This document shows, piece by piece, positions 24,060 through 36,723 of a DNA stretch of 64,000 bases (positions are counted from its first letter, which is position 1; each line of letters opens with the position of its first letter). A program made the translations under genes and the position numbers. The stretch is from Mobula hypostoma (lineage: Eukaryota), in NCBI RefSeq assembly GCF_963921235.1, contig NC_086100.1, forward strand, positions 204,416,001 through 204,480,000, read 5' to 3'. The notes beneath the pieces were generated by a model. That model made no database searches. It was not told the DNA's origin and saw only the letters and a program-made list of their open reading frames with translations.

Positions 24060-24983
24060 ATGGCTCACCGGCGAGATCACACTGGGGAGAGGCCGTTCAC
24101 CTGCTCGGACTGTGGGAAGGAATTCACTCGGTCATCTAAACTGAAAGAACATCAGCGTGTTCACACTGGAGAGAGGCCGTTCACCTGCTCAGACTGTGGG
24201 AAGGGATTCACTCGGTCATCTGACCTAATGGCTCACCAGCGAGTTCACACCGGGGAGCGGCCGTTCACCTGCTCTGACTGTGGGAAGGGATTCACTTGCT
24301 CGTCTCACCTGAAGGTACATCAGCGAGTTCACACTGGAGAGAGGCCGTTCACCTGCTCAGACTGTGGGAAGGGATTCACTTTGTCATCTGATCTACTGAG
24401 ACACCAGTCAGTTCACACTGGAGAGAGGCCATTCACCTGCTCAGACTGTGGGAAGGGATTCACGCGGTCATCTTACCTTGTGGTACACCAGCGAATTCAC
24501 ACTGGAGAGTGGCCGTTCTCCTGCTCAGACTGTGGGAAGGGATTTACTTGGTCATCTCAACTGAAGGTACACCAGCGAGTTCACACCGGGGAGAGGCCGT
24601 TCACCTGCTCAGACTGTGGGAAGGGATTCACTTTGTCATCTCATCTGAAGGAACATCAGCGAGTTCACACTGGAGAGAGGCCGTTCACCTGCTCAGACTG
24701 TGGGAAGGGATTTGCTTCATCATCTCCACTGAAGGTACATCAGCGACTTCACACTGGTGAGAGACCTTTCACCTGCTCAGTGTGTCGGAAGGGATTCACT
24801 TTGTCATCTGATCTACTGAGACACCAGTCAGTTCACACCGGAGAGTGGCCATTCACCTGCTCAGACTGTGGGAAGGGATTCACTTCGTCATCTAATCTGA
24901 AGGTACACCAGCGAGTTCACACTGGGGGGAGGCAGTCATCTGCTCAGACTGTGGGAAGGGATTCACATCATCATCTAAAGTGA
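24060..24983 (+). CDS. Tandem C2H2 zinc-finger protein with 10 intact fingers and no effector domain seen
   Basis: CxxC..HxxxH fingers with TGERPF linkers; acceptor tttttacag|G at 23735/23736; frameshift near 24930, followed by decayed fingers to ~25310. Confidence 0.8.
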   Translation: MAHRRDHTGERPFTCSDCGKEFTRSSKLKEHQRVHTGERPFTCSDCGKGFTRSSDLMAHQRVHTGERPFTCSDCGKGFTCSSHLKVHQRVHTGERPFTCSDCGKGFTLSSDLLRHQSVHTGERPFTCSDCGKGFTRSSYLVVHQRIHTGEWPFSCSDCGKGFTWSSQLKVHQRVHTGERPFTCSDCGKGFTLSSHLKEHQRVHTGERPFTCSDCGKGFASSSPLKVHQRLHTGERPFTCSVCRKGFTLSSDLLRHQSVHTGEWPFTCSDCGKGFTSSSNLKVHQRVHTGGRQSSAQTVGRDSHHHLK

Positions 24984-25664
24984 AGGTACATCCGCGAGTT
25001 CACACTGGCAAGAGCCGATTCAGCTGTCATCTGTCACTCTGTCATCTCACCTACTGACATACCAGTCAGGTGACACCGGAGAAAGGCCGTTCACCTGCTC
25101 GGACTGCGGGAAGGGATTCACTTGCTCATCTAAACTGAAGATACATCAGTGAGTTTACACTGGGAGAGGCCGTTCACCTGTTCAGACTGTGGAAAGAGAT
25201 TCTCTCAGCCAAATCAACCAAATGTGCATCATTGAGTTCACACTGGGGAGAGACTGTTCACCTGCTGTGAATGTGGGAAGCGATTCACTCAGTCATCTCA
25301 CCTTTGGTAACTCTCGCTTCAGCTAGCAGCTTAATTTAGGGGTTGACAGCCCCCAGCCTGGCCAAACTTAAAAAATCTCCTTCGGGTGGTTGCTGTGTGA
25401 TGTGTCCCCTGTTACAAATTACTACCCCAAAATAACAAATGGTGTGCAGTATGTGATTGAACAATTGAGCTTTATAATTTTTACTTTGACTATCGGGTTA
25501 GAAAAGAAAACAAAAAAAAGGGCCCACTCTCTCCATTCACGTTCTCTCAAAAGACCACGAAAATCTCTCTTCCAGACTCACAAGAAAGAACAACATTTCT
25601 CTCACTGGATCACCCCGCACTCCAAAACCCTGTTATCTCTAGTCATAACATAAACCTTAAGGAG

Positions 25665-26300
25665 GGGAGGAGAAGATGGTGGCACAACGCAGTGTGCGTG
25701 GCCGCTCTGAATTGATATCATATTTGTTAAATAGGGGCCGTGCACAATCCTGATTTGATGGAGACAGACGTGAGAAGCACGGAGGAACATCTGGAGAAAC
25801 TTCTGAAATGCCCGGCTCACTGCCACCGCTACTGTGTGATCGAGAATCTACGGAGGGGAAGGCCCAAAATCCTTGGCTTTGACTATTGCCTGTTGCCGGG
25901 GCTGGGGTCGAAGCGCTCGGCAGAGATGGTGCTCGGTGTCGGAGGGCTGGTCGGAGGCTTGAAGTTTTTGGACGGACTCAGAGTTGGACTCTGGTCGGGT
26001 GCTTCCAGGATGCTGCATCGACAAGTTTGCGGCGCTGGAAGCTCATGGCAGGGAGAGTTTTTCCCTTCAACCGTCTGCGTGAGATGATGGGACTTTCAAG
26101 AGACTTTGAGACTTTTTTTTACCGTGCCCATGGTCTGTTCTTCACCAAATTATGGTATTGCTTTGCACTGTTGTAACTATATGTTATAATGATGTGGTTT
26201 CTGTCAGTTTTTATTAGTTTTGGTTTGTCTTGTGTTTCTGTGAAATCATTCTGGAGGAACAAATTGTATCATTTCTTAATGCATACATTAAGAAATGATA
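25665..26300 (+). repeat. Probable non-autonomous interspersed repeat
   Basis: Starts with an aagatggtggc (YY1-like) LINE-type 5' motif, CpG-rich body, T-rich 3' part; no coding signature. Confidence 0.45.
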
Positions 26301-26303
26301 CAT

Positions 26304-26617
26304 TCCAGAATGAGGGGTCACAGTTTGAGGATAAAGGGGAAGCCTTTTAGGATCGAGATTAGGAAAAACTTCTTCACACAGAGAGTGGTGTATCTGTGGA
26401 ATTCTCTGCCACAGGAAACAGTTGAGGCCAGTTCATTGGCTATATTTAAGAGGGAGTTAGATATGGCCCTTGTGGCTAAAGAGATCAGGGGGTATGGAGG
26501 GAAGGCTGGTACAGGGTTCTGAGTTGGATGATCAGCCATGATCATACTGAATGGCGGTGCAGGCTCGAAGGGCCGAATGGCCTACTCCTGCACCTATTTT
26601 CTATGTTTCTATGTTTA
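26304..26617 (+). mobile_element. CR1-A-related 3' fragment (GKAGTGF subfamily)
   Basis: ORF 26295-26522 and tttctatg tail. Confidence 0.92.
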
Positions 26618-27970
26618 CCCTGTCTACCTGTGAGGCAACTTTCAGGGATCTGTGGACATGTACCCCGAGATCCCTCTGCTCCTCCACACTACCAAGTATC
26701 CTGCCATTTACTTAGCACTCTGCCTTGGAGTTTGTCCTTCCAAAGTGTACCACCTCACACTTCTCTGGGTTGAATTCCATCTGCCACTTCTCAGCCCACT
26801 TCTCCAACCTATCAATGTCTCTGCAATCTTTGACAATCCTCTACACTATCTACAACACCACCAACCTTTGTGTCGTCTGCAAACTTGCCAACCCACCCTT
26901 CTACTCCCACATCCAGGTCGTTAATAAAAATCATGAAAAGTAGAGGTCCCAGAACCGATCCTTGTGGGACACCACTAGTCACAATCCTCCAATCTGAATG
27001 TACTCCCTCCACCACGACCCTCTGCCTTCTGCAGGCAAGCCAATTCTGAATCCACCTGGCCAAACTTCCCTGGATCCCATGCCTTCTGACCTTCTGAATA
27101 AGCCAACTGTGTGGAACCTTGTCAAACGCCTTACTAAAACCAATATAGATCACATCCACTTCACTACCCTCATCTATATGCCTGGTCACCTCCTCAAAGA
27201 ACACTATCAGGCTTGTGAGACATGATCTGCCCTTCACAAAGCCATGCTGACTGTGTCTGATCAGACCATGATTCTCTAAATGCCCATAGAACCTAACTCT
27301 AAGAATCTTTTACAACAGTTTTCCCACCACAGACGTAAGGTTCACGTGTCTATAATTACCCAGACTATCGCTGCTAACTTTTTTGAACAAGGGGACAACA
27401 TTCGCCTCCCTCCAATCCTTCGGTACCATTCCCGTAGACAACGAGGACATAGAGATCCTAGCCAGAGGCTCAGCAATCTCTTCCCTCGCCTCGTGGAGCT
27501 TCCTGGGGAATATTCCGTATGGCGCCAGGGAGTTATCCGTCCTAATGTATTTTAATAACTCCCACACTTCCTCTTCCTTAATATCAACATGCTCCAGGAT
27601 ATCAACCTCACTCATATTGTCCTCACTGTCATCAGGTTCCCTCTCACTGGTGGATACCCAAGAGAAGTATTCATTCAGGACCTCGCTCACTTTCACAACC
27701 TCAGGGGACATCTTCCCACCTTTGTCTCTAATCGGTCCTACCTTCACTCCTGTAATCCTTTTGTTCTTCACATAATTGAAGAATGCCTTGAGGTTTTCCT
27801 TTACCCTACTTGCCAAGGCCTTCTCATGCCCCCTTATTGCTCTTCTCAGTCCCTTCTTAAGCTCCTTTCTTGCTTCCCTATATTCCTCAATAGACCCATC
27901 TGATCCTTGCTTCCCAAACCTCATGGATGCTGCCGCCTTCCACCTGACTAGATTTTCCACCTCACTTGTT
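26618..27970 (-). mobile_element. CR1 RT fragment
   Basis: ORFs 26812-27237 ([14 protein letters not shown]) and 27310-27960. Confidence 0.92.
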
Positions 27971-29384
27971 CCGCTGGGTTTAAAGAGTCGGTGCTTTTTA
28001 AAGCTGTCCTTCCTGGAATCTGATCCATGGCAGAATAAGCTTTAATCCAGGGGCATCAGCATCTTTCTATGAAATGACTTTGTATTTAATGTCAAGCAAA
28101 GGTGACGATCAAAATTTGCACAATTTAACCTCCATTGAAGATCACATAAAAACAAACACCAGTGCTGTAAATCCCTTATTAGGATAAGTATTATTCTGTT
28201 ACTTGAGGAGTACCCCATTCATATATCATTTGAAAATACTTGGAAAGTAGTCTTGTTTTCATTTTCCCCTGACTAGTAACATAGCATATCTGTGAGCCTG
28301 CAAAGGTCGAACGGAAGCTATTGAAGCACAGCTCTTCTTGACTGTTATTAATCTCTGTTGTTGTTTGTAATGAGCTTCCATTAAAGCTCAGAAATGTAGA
28401 AAGAACGGAGGGGCTCTTTGATTGGCATTGCTCATCACAATACATTTGAAAGAAAGGTGTTTAAAGCTGTTAAACCTTTGTTTAAAAGTATATAGGTTAC
28501 ATTAAAGCATATTTTGTCACATAAAACACCGTTGTGCAATGTTCTATAGACCATTGCACAATAAGTGTCCAAGTAAAGATATTATTAGATTCTCCTGTCG
28601 GCACCATTAAGTCCAGCCACTGAGTACAAGAGGCAGATGATTATGTAACTACAGGTTCCTTATCAATTGAGCAGTGATCAGATTTAAATTTGAACGTATA
28701 AATCACAAATTTCTTCGGTAAGCATAACAAATTACTTTAGCCTCACGAATGTGTAAACCTGTGCGATAAACTTCCCAATCCTCGGTCCGCTTGGAGTGTA
28801 ACCGCAGCCCGATGTAATGATAACAATAAAACACAGTGAGTGTTCTTCCCTAACATCTTGGCTTTTACTGATATTCTTGTGAAAAAAAATCACGGTGGGC
28901 GTTGAATAGGCATGAAGCCGGCAGCTTGGCCTGCACAGATGTCACCACCTCCGCTCAGTGAGCTGAACCTCCAGCGTTGCAGTGGCAACATCCAACATGT
29001 TTTGTAAGTGCGGACGGGAACCCGTCATCGTTCTTGCGTTCCAGTAGTGCATTCAACGTGTCTGTTCGTGTCCGCTGTCGGCAGTTCCAAAACAGGGAGT
29101 GACTCTCCTGGAAGTCAGAGAAACGAGTCTGAGTGTGATTAGTCGAGATTTCAGGCAGATTCATCAAGGCTGAATCTCATACCCGTCCCAATCTGCAGAG
29201 AACTCTTCCTTGGAATGCTTACTATTTTTGGAGCAAATACTTTCAATTATTGGAAAACGTTTAATAATCACTTGTCTTATTGTCATCTTATAGCAACATG
29301 TGGCGTATTCCATATTTCGGCATGTGCCGAACAACAACGGGTTTACTATATCTATTTCTGACTGCAATTAATCTGATTTGTGAT

Positions 29385-30330
29385 GTGCAATACTTCTCCC
29401 GCAATTTTCCTGTCATCCAGTACAATGCCAAAATCTATCGATTCTTCAAAGATCATTGCTAATGCCCCCGCAGTCTCTCCAGCTACATTGTTCAGAACCC
29501 GAGGGTGCATCCCATAAGGTCCAGGAGTTTATCCACCCTCAGACCATTCAGCTTCCTGAGTACCTTCTCAGTCGTAACTTTCACTGCAAAAACTTCACAT
29601 CCTTGAGACTGTTGAATGTCCGCTATACTACAGATGTCTTCCACTGTGGACTGATGCAAAATACTCATTCACTTCCTCTCCCATCTCTTCGTCTCTCGTT
29701 ACAATATATCCACCGTCATTTTCTGTTGGTCTTATATTGACCCTCGACTCTCTTTTACCTCTTATATACTCAAAAAACCTTCTTTGATATTAGTGGCCAG
29801 CTACGTTTCATAATTCATCTTTTCCTTCTTAATGACCTTCTTAATTTCCTTCTGCAAGTTTTTTTTTTAAAGTTCCCTAATCCTTTATCTTCCCACTTGC
29901 TCTGGCTTCCTTGTATGTCCTCTATTTTGCTTCTACTTCGGCTCTGACTTCACCTGTCAGCCACGGTAGTGTCCTTCTTCCCTTTAAAAATTTCTTTTTA
30001 TTTGGAATGTATCTGTCTTGCACTTCCCTCGTTTCCCTCAGGGATTCCAGGCATTGTTGCTCTGCCGACCTTTCTGCTAGTGTCCCTTTCCAGTCAGCTT
30101 TGTCCAGTTCACATCTCATGCCATTGTAATTTCCTTTATTCCATAAATTGGAATTTAGTTTCTTTTTCTCAAATTTTAAAGTGAACTCGATCATATTGTG
30201 ACCACTCTTCCCGAAGCATTCCTTAACCTTAAGCTCGCTTATCACTTCCGGATCATTGCACAGAATCTGATCTAGCACAGCTGATTCCCTCGTGGGCTCA
30301 ATAACAAGATGTTCTTAAAAGACATCCCTT
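29385..30330 (-). mobile_element. Old CR1 fragment
   Basis: ORF 29922-30278 and decayed KSPG/HPRVL region. Confidence 0.8.
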
Positions 30331-30435
30331 AGACGCCCATCCTCGCGGAATCAAGATTGCACGGAGATTTTGGGGAAGTTACCAGGTGTCAGCTGAAAAA
30401 GGGCGAAATCTTTACCGATTTCATTGATAGTTAGA

Positions 30436-31256
30436 TATACTTTATTGATCCCGAGGGAAAATGGATTTCTTTACAGCTGTACCAACCAAGAATAGAGCAT
30501 AAATATAGCAATACAAAAACCACAAACAATCAAACAACAAAATGCAAACTATGCCAGATGGAAAATAAGTCCAGGACCAGCCTATTGGCTCAGGGTGTCT
30601 GACCCTCCACGGGAGGAGCTGCATGTTCGATGGCCACAGGCAGGAACAACCTCCCGTGCTGCCCAGTGTTGTATCTCGGTGGAATATGGCCGAAGTCCAA
30701 CAGTAAAAAGTTCAATATCCGGTCTACAAACACGTTCCTCGATCGTAATATGACCTGGATTGCACCATCTGTTGTTAATCAGAACAGTAAGCACCCAACT
30801 CCTTTACGCTTACCACTCTCAGTGTACTTCTGGTCAGCCCGAACGTTCTGGAAGCCGTCCCTGGAAAAGTTTTGGTCGGGTATGTCCTCGTGCAGCCCCG
30901 TTCCAGTAAAACACATAACACTGCACTCCCGAAATGTTCTCTGACGCCTGGCTAGCGCCGTGAACTCGTCCATTTTATTACCCACCGAAATCCTCTTCTC
31001 CATAAGTATCTGTTGTCTCGACCCGGTCCTCTTTCCTTGACTTTGTGATCCCTCTCTGCATCCTCTGTGTGTTTTCCTCCAGATTTCAGCCGGGGTGTCT
31101 GCCGCTCTGCTCGCTAAACCGGCCGGCATAAGCTCAATCAGCTGGTCCCTGGAATACACAATGCGACCATGCTTCTGTCCCGCTAATGAGACCTGTCGGA
31201 TAGTAGCGATTTCCAGCACTAAAAACCCAAATAAAACTCTCTACCAGCATGTTAGA
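30436..31256 (-). mobile_element. Internally deleted Rex1/Babar element (5' end and EN start joined to 3' end)
   Basis: ORF 30779-31219 (YSRDQL..VGNKMDE..CSVMCFT) fused near 30683 to a 3' end resembling 11347-11580. Confidence 0.8.
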
Positions 31257-34200
31257 AACATAGAAACATAGAAAATAGGTGCAGGAGTAGGCCATTCGGC
31301 CCTTCGAGCCTGCACCACCATTTATTATGATCATGGCTGATCATCCAACTCAGAACCCCGCCCCAGCCTTCCCTCCATACCCCCTGATCCCCGTAGCCAC
31401 AAGGGCCATATCTAACTCCCTCTTAAATATAGCCAATGAACTGGCCTCAACTGTTTCCTGTGGCAGAGAATTCCACAGATTCACCACTCTCTGTGTGAAG
31501 AAGTTTTTCCTAATCTCGGTCCAAAAAGGCTTCCCCTTTATCCTCAAACTGTGACCCCTTGTTCTGGACTTCCCCAACATCGGGAACAATCTTCCTGCAT
31601 CTAGCCTGTCCAATCCCTTTAGGCTTTTATACGTTTCAATCAGATCCCCCCTCAATCTTCTAAATTCCAATGAGTACAAGTCCAGTTCATCCAGTCTTTC
31701 TTCATATGAAAGTCCTGCCATCCCAGGAATCAATCTGGTGAACCTTCTTTGTACTCCCTCTACGGCAAGGATGTCTTTCCTCAGATTAGGGGACCAAAAC
31801 TGCACACAATACTCCAGGTGTGGTCTCACCAAGGCCTTGTACAACTGCAGTAGTACCTCCCTGCTCCTGTACTCGAATCCTCTCGCTATAAATGCCAGCA
31901 TACCATTCGCCTTTTTCACCGCCTGCTGTACCTGCATGCCCACTTTCAATGACTGGTGTATAATGACACCCAGGTCTCGTTGCACCTCCCCTTTTCCTAA
32001 TCGGCCACCATTCAGATAATAATCTGTTTTCCTATTTTTGCCACCAAAGTGGATAACTTCACATTTATCCACATTAAATTGCATCTGCCATGAATTTGCC
32101 CACTCACCCAACCTATCCAAGTCACTCTGCATCCTCTTAGCATCCTCCTCACAGCTAACACTGCCACCCAGCTTCGTGTCATCCGCAAACTTGGAGATGC
32201 TGCATTTAATTCCCTCATCCAAGTCATTAATATATATTGTAAACAACTGGGGTCCCAGCACTGAGCCTTGCGGTACCCCACTAGTCACCGCCTGCCATTT
32301 TGAAAAGGTCCCGTTTATTCCCACTCTTTGCTTCCTGTCTGCTAACCAATTCTCCATCCACATCAATACCTTACCCCCAATACCGTGTGCTTTTAAGTTT
32401 GCACACTAATCTCCTGTGTGGGACCTTGTCAAAAGCCTTTTGAAAATCCAAATATACCACATCCACTGGTTCTCCCCTACACACTCTACTAGTTACATCC
32501 TCAAAAAATACTATCAGATTCGTCAGACATGATTTTCCTTTCACAAATCCATGCTGACTTTGTCCGATCATTTCACCGCTTTGCAAATGTGCTGTTATCA
32601 CATCTTTGATAACTGACTCCAGCAGTTTCCCCACCACCAACGTTAGGCTAACCGGTCTATAATTCCCCGGTTTCTCTCTCCCTCCTTTTTTAAAAAGTGG
32701 GGTTACGTTAGCCACCCTCCAATCCTCAGGAACTAGTCCAGAATCTAACGAGTTTTGAAAAATTATCACTAATGCATCCACTATTTCTTGGGCTACTTCC
32801 TTAAGCACTCTAGGATGCAGACCATCTGGCCCTGGGGATTTATCTGCCTTCAATCCCTTCAATTTACCTAACACCACTTCCCTACTAACATGTATTTCGC
32901 TCAGTTCCTCCATCTCACTGGACCCTCTGTCCCCTACTATTTCTGGAAGATTATTTATGTCCTCCTTAGTGAAGACAGAACCAAAGTAATTATTCAATTG
33001 GTCTGCCATGTCCTTCCTCCTCATAATCAATTCACCTGTTTCTGTCTGTAGGGGACCTACATTTGTCTTTACCAGTCTTTTCCTTTTTACATATCTATAA
33101 AAGCTTTTACAGTCAGTTTTTATGTTCCCTGCCAGTTTGCTCTCATAATCTTTTCTCCCCTTCCTAATTAAGCCATTTGTCCTCCTCTGCTGAACTCTGA
33201 ATTTCTCCCAGTCCTCAGGTGAGCCACTTTCTCTGGCTAATTTGTATGCTTCTTCTTTGGAATTGATACTATCCCTAATTTCTCTTGTCAGCCACGGGTG
33301 CACTACCTTCCTTGATTTATACTTTTCCCAAACTGGGATGAACAATTGTTGTAGTTCATCCATGCAACCTTTAAATGCTTGCCATTGCATATCCACCGTC
33401 AATCCTTTAAGTGTCATTTGCCAGTCTATTTTAGCTAATTCACGTCTCATACCTTCAAAGTTACCCCTCTTTAAGTTCAGAACCTTTGTTTCTGAATTAA
33501 CTATGTCACTCTCCATCTTAATGAAGAATTCCACCATATTATGGTCACTTTTACCCAAGGGGCCTCTCACGACAAGATTGCTAATTAACCCTTCCTCATT
33601 GCTCAAAACTCAGTCCAGAATAGCCTGCTCTCCAGTTGGTTCCTCGACATGTTGGTTCAAAAAACCATCCCGCATACATTTCAAGAAATCCTCTTCTTCA
33701 GCACCTTTACCAATTTGGTTCACCCAATCTACATGTAGATTGAAGTCACCCATTATAACTGCTGTTCCTATATTGCACACATTTCTAATTTCCTGTTTAA
33801 TACCATCTCCGACCTCACTACTACTGTTAGGTGGCCTGTACACAACTCCCACCAGCGTCTTCTGCCCCTTAGTGTTACGCAGCTCTACCCATATCGATTT
33901 AACATCTTCCCAGCTTATGTCCTTCCTTTCTATTGCATTAATCTCTTCTTTAACCAGCAACACCACCCCACCTCCCCTTCCTTCATGTCTATCCCTCCTG
34001 AATATTGAATATCCATGAACGTTGAGCTCCCATCCCTGGTCACCCTGGAGCCATGTCTCTGTGATCCCAACTATATCATAATCATTAATAACAATCTGCA
34101 CTTTCAATTCATTCACCTTATTACGAATGCTCCTTGCATTGACACACAAAGCCTTCAGGCGCTCTTTTACAACTCTCTTAGCCCTTATACAATTATGTTG

Positions 34201-34640
34201 AAAAGTGGCCCTTTTTAATGCTTGCCCTGGATTTGTCGGCCTGCCACTTTTACTTTTCTCCTTAGTACTTTTTGCTTCTACCCTCACTTTACACCCCTCT
34301 GTCTCTCTGCACTGGTTCCCATCCCCCTGTTGTGAACTAACCTCCTCACGCCTAGCCTCTTTAATTTGATTCCCACCCCCCAACCATTCTAGTTTAAAGT
34401 CACCTCAGTAGCCCCCGCTAATCTCCCTGCCAGGATATTGGTCCCCCTTGGATTCAAGTGTAACCTGTCCTTTTTGTACAGGTCACGCCTGCGCCAAAAG
34501 ATGTCCCAATGATCCAAAAACTTGAATCCCTGCCCCCTGCTCCAATCCCTCAGCCACGCATTTATCTTCCACCTCATTGCATTCCTACTCTCACTGTCGC
34601 GTGGCACAGGCAGTAATCCCGAGATTACTACTTTTGCGGT
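31253..34640 (-). mobile_element. CR1-A, longest copy (ORF1 end plus the whole ORF2 region, with a stop and a frameshift)
   Basis: ORFs 34389-34607, 33610-34383 (EN), 32371-33606 and 31350-32366 (RT). Confidence 0.97.
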
Positions 34641-34641
34641 C

Positions 34642-35580
34642 CAAGGAACTCCAGAAAGGAAAAGGCCCTATTCCTGAAGGCTTAGTGGGACCACGCTCCC
34701 GTGTGTCGTTGCGGTTCGATGGAAGCTATGCTAAGGCCATCCTCGACCCCGGAGCGCAGGTCAAGTTGCTGTACAGTTCGTTTTACAACCAGTATTTGAA
34801 GCATTTACTCTTGACACCTTTCAGGGCACTGGATATTTGGAGATTCAGTGCTGGGAGGTATCCAGTCGGCAATTTCCAGTCAGTGAAACTGGAGTTCTCG
34901 GAGGCCAAGGTGGGGGTGTCTGAGGTTCGTGGTTCGTGAGTCGTTAGTGTTGATGTGTCCAGACACTGCTGAGACGGGCCTGCCAGAGGAAGGCGGGTGA
35001 GAGCTGTTTGGGGGCATTGTCTGTGCACCCAGTGTTTCGAGCTGCTTGTGCGGACGTGTCTGGCAGCACTGGGCCGGTACGGAATTTGAACGAGAGCCGA
35101 TGGTGGTATGGCCTGGGGGAAGTATGGAGAGTGATGAGGATTTTAATTTTTTCTGCAGTCTCTGAGGGTAAAGCCCTCTCCGTGGACACTCTGAAATACC
35201 ACGGTTTGGGTGGGGGGGTGGGAGTTGACCCCTGAAGAAGCGTCGGTGAGAGAGCGGTCGCGGCGACTGGCCCCTGTCGACGCGGGAGTCGTAGGCAGCG
35301 TGTGTGCGGATTCTAGGACACTGAACAGGTGCACCGTCCCTGATCAGTGTGCGATCCTGATAGTCGAAGATGTGCTGGTCTGTCTGAGTGGTGCGAAGTG
35401 GTTTAATGTGCTGGATCTGAGGAGTGGATATTGTCCGACCCTGATGAGTGAGGCTGACAAGGAGAGGACGGCCGTTATCGGTCCCCTGGGATTCTTCGAG
35501 TCCGAAAAGATGCCCAGGGAATATCCGGAGCCCTTGCAACCTTCCAGCGCGGCATGGAGAAGACAGTGGGGGATGTGGAA
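34642..35580 (+). mobile_element. Ty3/Gypsy pol remnant (protease and RT start)
   Basis: AILDPGAQV (decayed D[ST]G protease motif); VCADSRTLN..LSGAKWFNVLDLRSGY..RTAVIGPLGFFE. Confidence 0.85.
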
Positions 35581-36722
35581 TAGGGTAAAGCACAATGGGT
35601 AGTAGAAGCAGGCGGAACCATGAGGGAGGTGATAGGCAGCTGGGGGAGGGGGCAGAGTGAAATAAGGATAGAGAAAATGTGGGGGAGGGGATTACCGGAA
35701 GGTGGAGAATTCTATGTTCATACCGAGGGGCTGGAGACTACCTGGACGGTATATGAGGTGTTGCTCCTCCAACCTGACTTTAGCCGCATCATGGCAGTAG
35801 AGGAGGCCATGCATGGACATATCTGAATGGGAGTGAGAAGCAGAGTTGAATTGGGTGGCAACCGGGAGTTCTGGGGGACGGAGAGGAGGTGCTCGACAAA
35901 GCGGTCCCCCAATCTGTGTTTGATTTCACCGATGTAGAGGAGGCCGCACCGGGAGCACCGGATGCAATAGATGATCCCAACAGACTCACAAGTGAAGTTT
36001 GCCTCACCTGGAATGACTGGGGCCCTGAATGGTGGCAAGAGAGGAGGTGTAGGGACAAGTGTAGTACTTACGCTTACAGGGATAAGTGCTGGGTGGGAGA
36101 TCCATTGGGAGGGACATGTGGATCAGGGAGTCGCGGTGGGACCGATCCCTGCGGAAAGCAGAGAGGGGTGGAGGGGGAAAGATGTGCTTAGTGGTGGGGT
36201 CCTGTTGAAGGTGGCGGAAGTTGCGGAGGATAATGTGCTGGATCCGGAGGCTGCTGGGCTGGTAGGTGAGGACAAGGGGAACTGTGTCCGTGTTGTGGTG
36301 GCGGGAGGATGGGGTGAGGTCCGAAGTGCGGGAAACTGAGGAGATGCGAGTGAGGGCATCACTGATGATGGCAGAAGGAAACCACGATCCTTAAAGAAAG
36401 AGGACATTTGAGATGTCCTGGAACAGAAAGCCTTATCCTGGGAGCAGATGCGGCGGAGACGGAGGAACTGGGAATAGGGAATGGCATATTTGCATGTGGC
36501 GGGTTGGGAAGAGGTATAGTCGAGGAAGTTATGAGAGCCAGTGGGTTTGTAGAAGATGTCAGTGGACAGTCTGCCTCCAGAGATGGAGACTGAGAGATCG
36601 AGAAAGGGGAGAGAAGTGTCCGAGATAGACCAAGTGAATTTGACGGCTGGGTGGAAGTTTGAAGTAAAGTCCATGAAATTGATGCGCTCAGCATGGCTGC
36701 AGGAATCAGCACCAATTTAGTC
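35581..36722 (-). mobile_element. Penelope-like element, RT C-terminus and GIY-YIG endonuclease, decayed
   Basis: FHPAVKFT..LPFLDL..IFYKPT..IPYSQFLRLRRICS; GIIYCIRCSRCGLLYIGE. Confidence 0.92.
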
Positions 36723-36723
36723 G

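Noticed and set aside
24060..24983. 84-bp periodicity as a CRISPR-like or satellite array
   Set aside because: Fully explained by C2H2 finger coding units; eukaryotic context
28832..28870. CACAGTG as a V(D)J recombination signal
   Set aside because: No acceptable nonamer at 12 or 23 bp and no V/J segment adjacent
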